From sequence record NC_073317.1: DNA of 44,391 bases, one strand, 5' to 3'. The notes under the pieces are model-generated. The model had not been told where the DNA came from and did not search any database. It worked only from the letters and a program-made list of their open reading frames with translations. Made by a program: the position numbers and the translations under genes. The DNA comes from Escherichia phage vB_EcoS_fPoEco01. This document shows positions 26,548-34,126 of this stretch, piece after piece. Position 1 is the stretch's first letter. Each line of letters begins with the position of its first letter.

Positions 26548-26832
26548 TTAACTATAATAGCTCGCTATTAGGTCGTCAACCTGTTTAAACGAACCAACGA
26601 CAAAAACATTTGCACCACGTTTGCTCATCCGCTCGTGCTCTCGTAGCTGATGCGGGTCTGGCTTCGTGTTTTCGTCTTTCTTAACCTCGACAAACCAGAC
26701 TATGCCGCCTGGGAGAATTACCAGCAGGTCGGGAGCACCCACTCTATTTTCGTACGACAATTTGCGTACGAGGCCGCCAATGGCCTCGAATCGGTCTTTT
26801 GCGTATTTCTGTACGCGGCCCTCTTTAGTCAT
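26548..26832 (-). CDS. VRR-NUC domain nuclease
   Basis: About 94 aa from ATG 26832; PDLLVILPGGIVWFVEVKK...QL..H..M...G motif arrangement typical of VRR-NUC. Confidence 0.6.
   Translation of the reverse strand: MTKEGRVQKYAKDRFEAIGGLVRKLSYENRVGAPDLLVILPGGIVWFVEVKKDENTKPDPHQLREHERMSKRGANVFVVGSFKQVDDLIASYYS
26551..26579 (-). promoter_or_regulatory. class II promoter (TTGACG-N17-TATAGT) with AATAG-N4-CTATT palindrome
   Basis: Reverse complement TTGACGACCTAATAGCGAGCTATTATAGT; overlaps the last codons of the VRR-NUC gene; same architecture at 31182..31210 and 33800..33829. Confidence 0.5.
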
Positions 26833-26981
26833 GACCACAGAATCCAGGTAAGGAAAGCCCCTCCTAGAAGGGCAACACCGACAAACTTAAAGAACAGGCC
26901 GTAACAGAACATCGCAGCTATTCCCGCACCGAGTAACAGTGCGAGCATGGTTACTATCGTCCAAAATACAAACATCGTCAT
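26829..26981 (-). CDS. small membrane protein (50 aa, hypothetical)
   Basis: Two hydrophobic segments; stop overlaps VRR-NUC start (ATGA); SD GAGGGG; not in track. Confidence 0.3.
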   Translation of the reverse strand: MTMFVFWTIVTMLALLLGAGIAAMFCYGLFFKFVGVALLGGAFLTWILWS

Positions 26982-27184
26982 AATACACACCCCTCACGTT
27001 TCGTATGTTCAATACCACAGCGCGGGCAGATTCGACAGTCTTCTTCGTAGAACCAGTAAATTTTCATTCCAGCACCCACAGATAAATTGCGATGAACATG
27101 CCTAATACGGCGACAGTCATGCCGTATTGACCCTCGTGACAGTAGATACCGGCGGCAAATCCCGCCAGTACCGCGATAATCAGT

Positions 27185-30100
27185 TTACTTAGCATAGCGC
27201 TTCATCTCCGCACCTTCCGCGACAAGAGGGAAGCCTTCTGCCCACTCAGGCAACGCGCACATTAATTTTTCCAGCTCGGGCACCGTGTAATCCGGCGTAT
27301 CCGGAGTTTCACATACCAGTTCATCGTGTACCGAAAGCACGATTGGATACCCGCCACCCTCAACATTAATCATCGCATATGCGAGTAGATCACGGCACAG
27401 CGCCTGAACAATGTTTTCACAGGCTTTACCGCCGTGGGTGTACAGGGTAGTCCATTGGCGGGTTAACTGGTTTTCACCTTGGTACTTGATTCGCACATTC
27501 GTGTTTACCCGTCCGTCTTCGTCTGTTTCCTTTGTCACGCTAACTCCGATTCCCGGATACGAAAGGATACGGCCCGACGGCAACTCCACGCACAACCACC
27601 AACCAGGAACCTTCCTACCGGATGAATCAAATTCTACTGTTCTCCATATTCGGATAGCGCGCTCGCCATTCCTGCGCAAGTGTGCTCCCGCCCAAAATTC
27701 ACGACCAGGATTACGCACAGCGGCTAAAATTCCGTCTTTAAGGTCGCGCCAGAACGCTACTGTTTCAGGGTGTGACTCACGCCACATACGCTTGATTGCG
27801 TCGCATGTGCGCCACACTTTCTTGTCCAGAATATACGATGGTCGGTCGTCCTTTTCACCAGGATGCGGTGGTCGCTTTGCTTCCTGGATACGCGCCCATT
27901 CATATCCTCTCGCGGTGGCTGACCAGATGTGGTCCGGGAATGTACCGTCCATTGTTTTAGCCATCTCAATAAGGTCGAGGCCTAAGTTTTTGGCGAACGT
28001 AACGAATGCTCCGACGCCTCCCTCGTAGCCGAGGCCCAGTTCGCAGTTATGCGCCACAAGAAAGCCAGAGTCTGAGGCTATAAGAAAACGGTTGCCGTCT
28101 CCCACATCAATCAGGTCGTACACCGGCTCGCAATAGGTTAATTTCCCGTTCAAGTTCAGCAATGCGGGCAACGGCTGCATCATACTTTCGTTGAAGCTCG
28201 GGTATTTGCCGTCTGTTTCGGCAGTTTTCAGAACGGCTGACAAACCGAATGTTTCCAGGTTCGTAGTTACCGTCTGTGTCGATTCTATCCATTTCGAGGT
28301 TCGGGTCATCCCAGCCTTCCAGAGTTTGAACATATCTAAGAAAAGACCTTTTATCAGTCCTCCACTGGTCGAATACCGTGATGCCTCTTGCCCCATAGTT
28401 TTTATAACCCTTATTCCTGGGGCTTGTTGTTCGCGTGATCGCCGCGGACAGCCGGTTGAGTAATCGCGTTCTGTGCACATCATCCGGCATTGCGTCTTCG
28501 TAGCAGAAATACTGTTTACGATATTTTTTTGTTGCTTCAAGGGCGCAGCGGTTGCATTGAGTGGTTTTACCCGCTCTGACATTGTCATAATAGACCCGCC
28601 CCGGCATCTCTCCGCAATCACATTGGACGAGTAGTTGTCTTTGGCCTTGTCGTTTTGGTAACTCGCGCAGGATAACCAGGCGTCCATACCTCTCTCCAGG
28701 GCGAGGCCCATCATATATCTGTTTGAAGCGAGTTGCTTTGCCTGCTTCCAGGAATGCGCCAAGATTTTGTGGTCTTCTGTCATTAGCACCCCGTCCACAT
28801 TTATTACCGGTTTCCACCCCATAAGGTGCGCGCCTTTTGTATTCACCCATTTTTCACCGCTCCATACTTTATCTGTTGATATAACCGCCATAATATCCTT
28901 AAATCCGCCATCGGTCAAAACTTGGGTATGACGGTGAAGGCACGCTTTACCAATCTGGCGCAAGTCTTTACGTTCTTTCTTAATATCGTCTGGGTCCATG
29001 CCGAACATCTTACCCGCGGTTACGCAGTAAATATCAAGGCCAGCACGGAACGTATCGAGTGCGGTTTCCTCCCCGGCCAGCCACGCAAGCCCTCGTCCTT
29101 CAACGTTAGAGTAATCGGCAACAACAAACTTATGCCCCACTTCCGGTATGATGCAGCTACGTACCGTCGATGCCGTTAGCTTGGCTACATCAAAACGGCG
29201 GTGTGCCCGGCCTTTAAGTAACGCTGAAATGCCTTTATCCAGTTCATCATCGTGATAGTACCCGCGCGCCAGGTTCTGTGGTTGGAAGCCTTTACCCGCC
29301 CACCGCAAAGTGCGTTTTGCCCCACCGTACTGTAAACAACCCCGGCGGCGGTCGTCCGATGAGCGGCCCAACAGCAGTGGGTTATATTTCGTTGACGCGG
29401 TGGATGCGGCCCCGAGGCGCATTTCGATAATCGTGCGAGCATCGTCCGGTAAATCATCGTCCGCCAGCAGGTCGTTAAGCGTAGACTTCTGCGCGTTGTG
29501 GATGCGGTGCGCAGGGGCCAGTTCACGAAGAATCGGCAGAAAGTCCTTACCAGTAAGCGAGCCGCCGTATTTGCGTTGGGCTTCCTCCTGTAACTGCGCT
29601 TTGTGTTTCTCCACGGCTTCAATAGCGGCTTCCGCCAGTGCAACGTCAACCTTAAACCCGCGGTCGTTGATTAACTGGTCCAGTTCCAGTACACGGTCTT
29701 CTAACTCAGAGTTACCCCAACGCGGCAGCTTATGGAAGACTTCACGCATTGCAGTGATGTCGCTCACGGCGTACTTGATGAACAGCGCCCACTCGTCCGG
29801 GTGTGTTTCGGCGGTGTAACGGCGGATTTTGTAGTTCTTTGGCGTAGGTTTGGAGAAACGCTTAATCAGCGCCTTGCCGCGTTTATCTTTCGCGTTATCC
29901 GCAGATACGCCCAGCACTTCGCACAATGCATCGAGAGAACCCGGCAGCGCGTGACGAAACGCCCAAATCATCGTATCAATGGTGTTGCTTACAGGAATAT
30001 CAAAGCCCCAGCAGTGTTTCATGATGAGCCTGTCGAACATTGAGCCGTTGTGCCACACCATCTTAATACGACTGTTCGGCTTAACCAGGCGGCGCAGTGC

Positions 30101-30283
30101 GCGGTGCAAATCACCCGGCATGTCGCTGCCGTCGGTGCAATCCCATACCCGCACAGGCTCGTCGTCAAAAGCATATGTGCAGATAAGCACTTCGGTAGTC
30201 GGGTGTTCGGCGTAAGCGTAGGAGCCGACTTTCTTTAAATCTGCTTCGGAGAATGTTTCAAAGTCCAGGTATAAGTAGCTCAT
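27185..30283 (-). CDS. family A DNA polymerase with 3'-5' exonuclease domain, interrupted by an intein in motif B
   Basis: Exo I LDFETFS; motif A VVADYSNVEGRGLAWLAGE; motif B split as RQIGKA / CELGLGYEGGVGAF by the insert; motif C LSVHDELV. ATG 30283 with SD AAGGA preferred over track TTG at 30337. Confidence 0.8.
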   Translation of the reverse strand: MSYLYLDFETFSEADLKKVGSYAYAEHPTTEVLICTYAFDDEPVRVWDCTDGSDMPGDLHRALRRLVKPNSRIKMVWHNGSMFDRLIMKHCWGFDIPVSNTIDTMIWAFRHALPGSLDALCEVLGVSADNAKDKRGKALIKRFSKPTPKNYKIRRYTAETHPDEWALFIKYAVSDITAMREVFHKLPRWGNSELEDRVLELDQLINDRGFKVDVALAEAAIEAVEKHKAQLQEEAQRKYGGSLTGKDFLPILRELAPAHRIHNAQKSTLNDLLADDDLPDDARTIIEMRLGAASTASTKYNPLLLGRSSDDRRRGCLQYGGAKRTLRWAGKGFQPQNLARGYYHDDELDKGISALLKGRAHRRFDVAKLTASTVRSCIIPEVGHKFVVADYSNVEGRGLAWLAGEETALDTFRAGLDIYCVTAGKMFGMDPDDIKKERKDLRQIGKACLHRHTQVLTDGGFKDIMAVISTDKVWSGEKWVNTKGAHLMGWKPVINVDGVLMTEDHKILAHSWKQAKQLASNRYMMGLALERGMDAWLSCASYQNDKAKDNYSSNVIAERCRGGSIMTMSERVKPLNATAAPLKQQKNIVNSISATKTQCRMMCTERDYSTGCPRRSREQQAPGIRVIKTMGQEASRYSTSGGLIKGLFLDMFKLWKAGMTRTSKWIESTQTVTTNLETFGLSAVLKTAETDGKYPSFNESMMQPLPALLNLNGKLTYCEPVYDLIDVGDGNRFLIASDSGFLVAHNCELGLGYEGGVGAFVTFAKNLGLDLIEMAKTMDGTFPDHIWSATARGYEWARIQEAKRPPHPGEKDDRPSYILDKKVWRTCDAIKRMWRESHPETVAFWRDLKDGILAAVRNPGREFWAGAHLRRNGERAIRIWRTVEFDSSGRKVPGWWLCVELPSGRILSYPGIGVSVTKETDEDGRVNTNVRIKYQGENQLTRQWTTLYTHGGKACENIVQALCRDLLAYAMINVEGGGYPIVLSVHDELVCETPDTPDYTVPELEKLMCALPEWAEGFPLVAEGAEMKRYAK
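28046..28942 (-). mobile_element. intein (299 codons) inserted in DNA polymerase motif B
   Basis: Starts with Cys (CLHRHTQVLTDGG...; block B-like GVLMTEDHKIL), ends ...VYDLIDVGDGNRFLIASDSGFLVAHN followed by +1 Cys; removal restores contiguous motif B. Boundaries verified codon by codon against the DNA. Confidence 0.7.
28107..28850 (-). CDS. HNH-like homing endonuclease ORF nested inside the intein in a different reading frame
   Basis: 247 aa ORF offset by 2 nt from the polymerase frame; ATG preceded by GGAG at 9 nt spacing; C-terminal GW...DRIDTDGNYEPGNIRFVSRSENCRN resembles the HNH_3-type core and the two free-standing paralogs. Confidence 0.6.
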   Translation of the reverse strand: MGEYKRRAPYGVETGNKCGRGANDRRPQNLGAFLEAGKATRFKQIYDGPRPGERYGRLVILRELPKRQGQRQLLVQCDCGEMPGRVYYDNVRAGKTTQCNRCALEATKKYRKQYFCYEDAMPDDVHRTRLLNRLSAAITRTTSPRNKGYKNYGARGITVFDQWRTDKRSFLRYVQTLEGWDDPNLEMDRIDTDGNYEPGNIRFVSRSENCRNRRQIPELQRKYDAAVARIAELEREINLLRAGVRPD

Positions 30284-30435
30284 TTCTTTTTCCTTAAATC
30301 CAGTGCCTTCGTTTCGCTGAGTCTTATTTTCATACAATCACGGCAAATCCACACATGCCTGTACCCGGCGCGGTACTCATCCGCGTACCACGGAAGCGGT
30401 TTCATATATCGGTATACGTGCTTACAGAAAAACAT
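30280..30435 (-). CDS. small Cys-rich protein (51 aa, hypothetical)
   Basis: ATG with SD AAGGG; stop overlaps polymerase ATG (ATGA); contains C-x26-C-x2-C plus His; not in track. Confidence 0.3.
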   Translation of the reverse strand: MFFCKHVYRYMKPLPWYADEYRAGYRHVWICRDCMKIRLSETKALDLRKKK

Positions 30436-30450
30436 TATTTTCGACCCTTA

Positions 30451-30474
30451 GTAAAAAGGCCCAATGAAGGGCCT
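30451..30474 (-). terminator. rho-independent terminator (minus strand) after DUF2815-like gene
   Basis: Minus-strand hairpin AGGCCC-ttcatt-GGGCCT followed by TTTTT. Confidence 0.45.
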
Positions 30475-30494
30475 CAGTTAAATTGATTCAGATA

Positions 30495-31127
30495 TTAACG
30501 GCGACGACGTTCGCGGCGAGGTGCTTCATCTTTTTCATCGTCATCGTCTTCCAGGTCATTGACGCTTGCGGCGACTTTAGAACCACCAAACGCTTTACCT
30601 TCGCCAACATATTTAATTGCCAGCAGGTTAACGCCTAGAACTTTATATTTCTGGCTGAACCAGATTTCAACGCTTACATTAGCTACGCAGCCACTGTAAA
30701 CCTGTTCACCTTCAATCTGTTCGCCGTCTACGTTGAAGTCCTGCTCCACCTGAGTCTCACCTTTTTTAGAGGTTACAATCAGCGGCTGCTTCTGCGCCTT
30801 CGCTTTGAAGTAGAAGCCTTCTGGGAAGTCTTCAAACGGGTTATCACGCTCAGCAATGTCTTTAATCGCGCATTTATCCATGTGCTTACCTTCGCCGTAG
30901 TTGGACTTCATCCATTTCTCGGCAGCAGCTGCGCCTAACGCTTCTTCAACTACAGCGTAAACAGTGTCGTAGAGTGCATCGATTTGAGCGTGGTCAGGCG
31001 GCAGGATGATAGTCGCGCTATACTGGCCTTTAGTGATGGAGCCATCATCGTTTTCACGGTCTTTTTCGCGTTCGAATACGTTAACCCATGCAGTGTTTAC
31101 TTTACGCAGATTCAGTTTAATTCCCAT
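30495..31127 (-). CDS. DUF2815-like protein with acidic C-terminal tail (possible SSB-like replication protein)
   Basis: 210 aa; acidic/basic C-terminal tail; adjacent to DUF2800-like nuclease and polymerase as in many phage replication modules. Family call from memory of the pattern, not a search. Confidence 0.4.
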   Translation of the reverse strand: MGIKLNLRKVNTAWVNVFEREKDRENDDGSITKGQYSATIILPPDHAQIDALYDTVYAVVEEALGAAAAEKWMKSNYGEGKHMDKCAIKDIAERDNPFEDFPEGFYFKAKAQKQPLIVTSKKGETQVEQDFNVDGEQIEGEQVYSGCVANVSVEIWFSQKYKVLGVNLLAIKYVGEGKAFGGSKVAASVNDLEDDDDEKDEAPRRERRRR

Positions 31128-31181
31128 CTTAATTTCTCGCTTTTCAGTTTACTCCTGGAAGCTGCCAGGCCAGTGATTAGA

Positions 31182-31210
31182 ACTATAATAGCTAACTATT
31201 CAGGTGTCAA
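31182..31210 (-). promoter_or_regulatory. class II promoter (TTGACA-N17-TATAGT) with AATAG-N4-CTATT palindrome
   Basis: Reverse complement TTGACACCTGAATAGTTAGCTATTATAGT in the 87-bp gap between 31215..32456 and 30495..31127. Confidence 0.55.
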
Positions 31211-31214
31211 CACT

Positions 31215-32456
31215 TTATTCTAAATCTTCTTCACTAACCCGATTCCACTCAGGACGTTTGTCGTTTGCCGTTGCGACACATGGCGCTCCTGGCTTACGGG
31301 TAATGAAGTCTTTCAGTTCATCTTCCGGTATGACTTTAACAGCTTCGGTTGGCGTCATGAGCACTTGCTTCATTAGCGCTATGCCATACTTGCCAGCAAC
31401 TTTCTCCGCGTCTTTCCACGCACGATTACCTGGGCGTCCTTCTACCAGTTTGTACCCCGGCACTTTCTTACCGGAATGCAGCGCGGCAGCCATAGCTTTC
31501 TCAACCTTGTCGATGTGCTGGCGCAACAACGGCAACTTCTCATACTCAGCTACAAGTTGCTCCGGCGTCAGTTCCAGCGCAAAGTCGTCCTCCAGTTCTT
31601 CCGCCAGTACAGCGTTAACGGTTTTTGTACGCGCGGCGCATTGTTCAGAGAACCGACACCACTGACAACCATCGACCGACGGCTTAAAGTCAGACGCTTT
31701 CAGGTTCTTCTTGCCGCGGGAATAGGCATCGAGCGCTAACAGTGCTCGTTTTTGTGCAAACTTAGCGAACAGTTCAAGGCCTTCAACCGAGATGTCCCAC
31801 TCCGACGCACCGCCAGCGCACGGCTGGAAAATTACCAGACGAACCACGGTGATGTTATAACGCCTCTTGAGTCGGCGATAAACACCGAGAGCGTAAAGCA
31901 TAAGCTGCTTGTTTTCTTTCGCTTCGACACGATGCCGTCCTGTTTTCAGGTCGCCGATAATGAGAATATGTTCGTCTGTGTTAGCCAGTTCCTGTACGGC
32001 AACAAGGTCAGCAGTCCCGAACGTCTCAACGCCTTCATACCCCGGATGCAATACCTCAGTAAGATTGACGCGCATTTCCAGCTTAGCGTAAGTCGCTACG
32101 TCAATAATCGCTTTGCAGTAGTCGGTGTACTTGCGCACCTGCTCAATCATATCCGCCGTAATCAGTACCGCGCCTTTCATCGGGCTGATTAGCGCCTTAA
32201 TCTGGCCTTTACCTTCATCCAGCACGTAAGCACCGACTTCACGCTCTAACGGCAACGCAGTACCGCGGATATAGGCGTTGAGATGGGCTTCAGCTATGGT
32301 GTGCATAGCTGTGCCTAATACCGCAGCTTTACCGGACGTATTAGGAATATCTTTCTCGCAGGCCAGTGATGCGGCGCAGCTTAGCCACTTTTTAGCACCT
32401 GACGGCGACAGTAAGGCGTGCACATCGTTATTACCACCGCGCTCTTTTAGTTTCAT
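31215..32456 (-). CDS. PD-(D/E)xK nuclease with C-terminal Cys cluster (Cas4/RecB-like, DUF2800-type)
   Basis: 413 aa; HILIIGDLKTGR (D-x-K motif) and CQWCRFSEQC cysteine cluster. Confidence 0.55.
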   Translation of the reverse strand: MKLKERGGNNDVHALLSPSGAKKWLSCAASLACEKDIPNTSGKAAVLGTAMHTIAEAHLNAYIRGTALPLEREVGAYVLDEGKGQIKALISPMKGAVLITADMIEQVRKYTDYCKAIIDVATYAKLEMRVNLTEVLHPGYEGVETFGTADLVAVQELANTDEHILIIGDLKTGRHRVEAKENKQLMLYALGVYRRLKRRYNITVVRLVIFQPCAGGASEWDISVEGLELFAKFAQKRALLALDAYSRGKKNLKASDFKPSVDGCQWCRFSEQCAARTKTVNAVLAEELEDDFALELTPEQLVAEYEKLPLLRQHIDKVEKAMAAALHSGKKVPGYKLVEGRPGNRAWKDAEKVAGKYGIALMKQVLMTPTEAVKVIPEDELKDFITRKPGAPCVATANDKRPEWNRVSEEDLE

Positions 32457-32471
32457 CGTATGTATGCCTCG

Positions 32472-32660
32472 TTAATAGACCCGCTCTAGGGTGAACACCG
32501 CTCCAATGAAAGCCTCCCGCTTAATCATTGCGTTTATTACGGAATTGGCCTTGCGCTCAGTCAATTCAAGGTCATACCCTGCACATAGATAACTATATGT
32601 GCCGTCTTTGTGTCTTACTTTTATTTTGAATCTTGCTGTTTTCATACCCTGTTCTCCCAC
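32472..32660 (-). CDS. hypothetical protein
   Basis: 62 aa ORF in minus-strand replication operon. Confidence 0.35.
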   Translation of the reverse strand: MGEQGMKTARFKIKVRHKDGTYSYLCAGYDLELTERKANSVINAMIKREAFIGAVFTLERVY

Positions 32661-32914
32661 TGGTCAATTAAATGCCGCGTCTTATGGTCGCAGTGCATAG
32701 CCCACCCATACATCGACTCGAAGACATAAAAGTCTGGCTTGGCGAATGTTGTGCGCTTAATCTGTGACACGTGATGGCCTATATCTTTAGGCCGTGGTAC
32801 TTTGCCTAAGTACGCCATCTCTTCCATCTGGTGCGCACCCGACGGCGCGCGCAACAGCCATAGCGACTCTGTGTTGTCTCGCCTGTCTACGGCGCGGTAG
32901 AGTTGGTAAATCAT
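32642..32914 (-). CDS. hypothetical protein
   Basis: 90 aa ORF in minus-strand replication operon. Confidence 0.35.
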   Translation of the reverse strand: MIYQLYRAVDRRDNTESLWLLRAPSGAHQMEEMAYLGKVPRPKDIGHHVSQIKRTTFAKPDFYVFESMYGWAMHCDHKTRHLIDQWENRV

Positions 32915-33129
32915 TTATCCACCTCATGCATTCTCAAGAAGACAATCATAGCGGCGCGTAGAGGGTTTTCGTGCGTACTTTTGGTGAACGAGGCGGAGTG
33001 ATACGCTCTATATGTGAACGTATGCCGGTTAACCGTAACGCATTCAATTGATATGTGATTATCAATTATTATAGGCCATGCGTCCTCCACCCGATTACAA
33101 TAATCGACTCCTCCGGAAGCTAATTCCAT
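32911..33129 (-). CDS. hypothetical protein
   Basis: 72 aa ORF; start overlaps neighbour. Confidence 0.35.
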   Translation of the reverse strand: MELASGGVDYCNRVEDAWPIIIDNHISIECVTVNRHTFTYRAYHSASFTKSTHENPLRAAMIVFLRMHEVDK

Positions 33130-33224
33130 CTGATGCCCCGCGAAACATTTCCGTATAGCGCGCGGCTGACACGTGCATTGATTCCTATGTCTGTTAAATT
33201 TCCGTAGTTCATAATTCCGACCCT

Positions 33225-33248
33225 CAGTTAAAGCGGCCCGAAGGCCGC
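33225..33248 (-). terminator. putative rho-independent terminator (minus strand)
   Basis: Hairpin GCGGCC-cgaa-GGCCGC just after the stop of 33256..33768; T-rich tail is weak. Confidence 0.35.
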
Positions 33249-33255
33249 GGGATAG

Positions 33256-33768
33256 TTATTCTTCTTCGAAATACTTGTTCTTGATTGCCGTCAGGCGTTC
33301 CAGATACTCCGCCAGGTCTTCGTCTTTAATCGCGGCAATCTTCATCTTCTTACCGGTGAACTCTTCCAGCAGTTCATCAGAATCATCACACGCGGCATCG
33401 CTCGGACCTTCGTTAATGGCGTCGTCGATAGCCTGAATCTGGTCGCGCAGAGACTGGTAATCGACTTCTTCTTCCGGCTCTGGCGTCGGTTCCTCTGCTT
33501 TAGCTTTACGCTGCTTGCGTTTAGGCTTCTCTTCTTCTGCCGGTTTAGTGTCGACGATGTCTTCACCTTCGACTGGGAGTTCTTTCGCCTTCTCGACTTC
33601 TTCAAGTGCTTTAGCCAGTTCTTTTTTAACTGTCTCTACCCCCGTTACTGCGACGTCAACAGTCAATTCACCTACCGACTTACCAGTCGGTTGTCTCGCA
33701 CTGTTCGCAGCAATCAGTTCATGTGCAACTACGAAACGTTCCAGTAATACTAAGAATTTCTCTAACAT
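33256..33768 (-). CDS. highly charged acidic protein (hypothetical)
   Basis: 170 aa; KR-rich centre and acidic C-terminus; SD GAGGAGAG within conserved leader CGAGAGGAGAG. Confidence 0.45.
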   Translation of the reverse strand: MLEKFLVLLERFVVAHELIAANSARQPTGKSVGELTVDVAVTGVETVKKELAKALEEVEKAKELPVEGEDIVDTKPAEEEKPKRKQRKAKAEEPTPEPEEEVDYQSLRDQIQAIDDAINEGPSDAACDDSDELLEEFTGKKMKIAAIKDEDLAEYLERLTAIKNKYFEEE

Positions 33769-33799
33769 TTGTTTCTCTCCTCTCGTTTGGTATGGGCTA

Positions 33800-33829
33800 A
33801 CTATAATAGTGAACTATTCACGTTGTCAA
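33800..33829 (-). promoter_or_regulatory. class II promoter (TTGACA-N18-TATAGT) with AATAG-N4-CTATT palindrome, divergent from cro-like gene
   Basis: Reverse complement TTGACAACGTGAATAGTTCACTATTATAGT; AATAGTTCACTATT is a perfect 14-bp palindrome. Confidence 0.55.
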
Positions 33830-33893
33830 TGGGCTTTTCTAAAATAATTAATATGGTACTATTCACATATCAACTGACTAAGGAGTAATTGAC

Positions 33894-34109
33894 ATGCAAC
33901 CATCTGAACTAGGCATACGTGTAGAACAACGCCGTAAAGAACTCGGCATCTCTCAGCGCCGTCTGGCTGTCCTGGCTGGCGTTTCCCAGGGCGCGATTAA
34001 CCAGCTGGCACTCGGCGTAACTCAGGACGTCCGCCCGGCAACGCTGTTTAAACTGGCGGAAGTGCTGGAAGTAGACGCCAAGTGGCTGGCGTTCGGTGAA
34101 GGGGCTTAA
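33894..34109 (+). CDS. Cro/CI-type HTH (XRE family) DNA-binding protein
   Basis: 71 aa; LGISQRRLAVLAGVSQGAINQL helix-turn-helix; SD AAGGAG; only + strand gene inside the minus-strand replication module. Confidence 0.7.
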   Translation: MQPSELGIRVEQRRKELGISQRRLAVLAGVSQGAINQLALGVTQDVRPATLFKLAEVLEVDAKWLAFGEGA

Positions 34110-34124
34110 CGCCCCTTTCTTTTT
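34101..34124. terminator. rho-independent terminator between convergent genes
   Basis: GGGGC-ttaac-GCCCC followed by TTTCTTTTT. Confidence 0.5.
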
Positions 34125-34126
34125 AC

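Noticed and set aside
26987-27195. Two very small ORFs (about 28 and 43 codons) between the VRR-NUC region and the polymerase stop
   Set aside because: Too short and overlapping to support from sequence alone; one overlaps the polymerase C-terminus out of frame.
28046-28942. Explaining the out-of-frame HNH ORF as a sequencing frameshift artefact within an ordinary in-frame intein endonuclease
   Set aside because: Not fully excluded, but it would need two compensating indels about 750 nt apart, and the HNH ORF has its own canonical SD and ATG; kept as a finding with this as the main refutation route.
27185-30337. Track start of the polymerase ORF at 30337 (TTG) giving an 18-residue N-terminal extension
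   Set aside because: ATG at 30283 has a good SD (AAGGA, 7-nt spacing) and begins directly at the exonuclease domain; the extension overlaps a separate small ORF (30280..30435).
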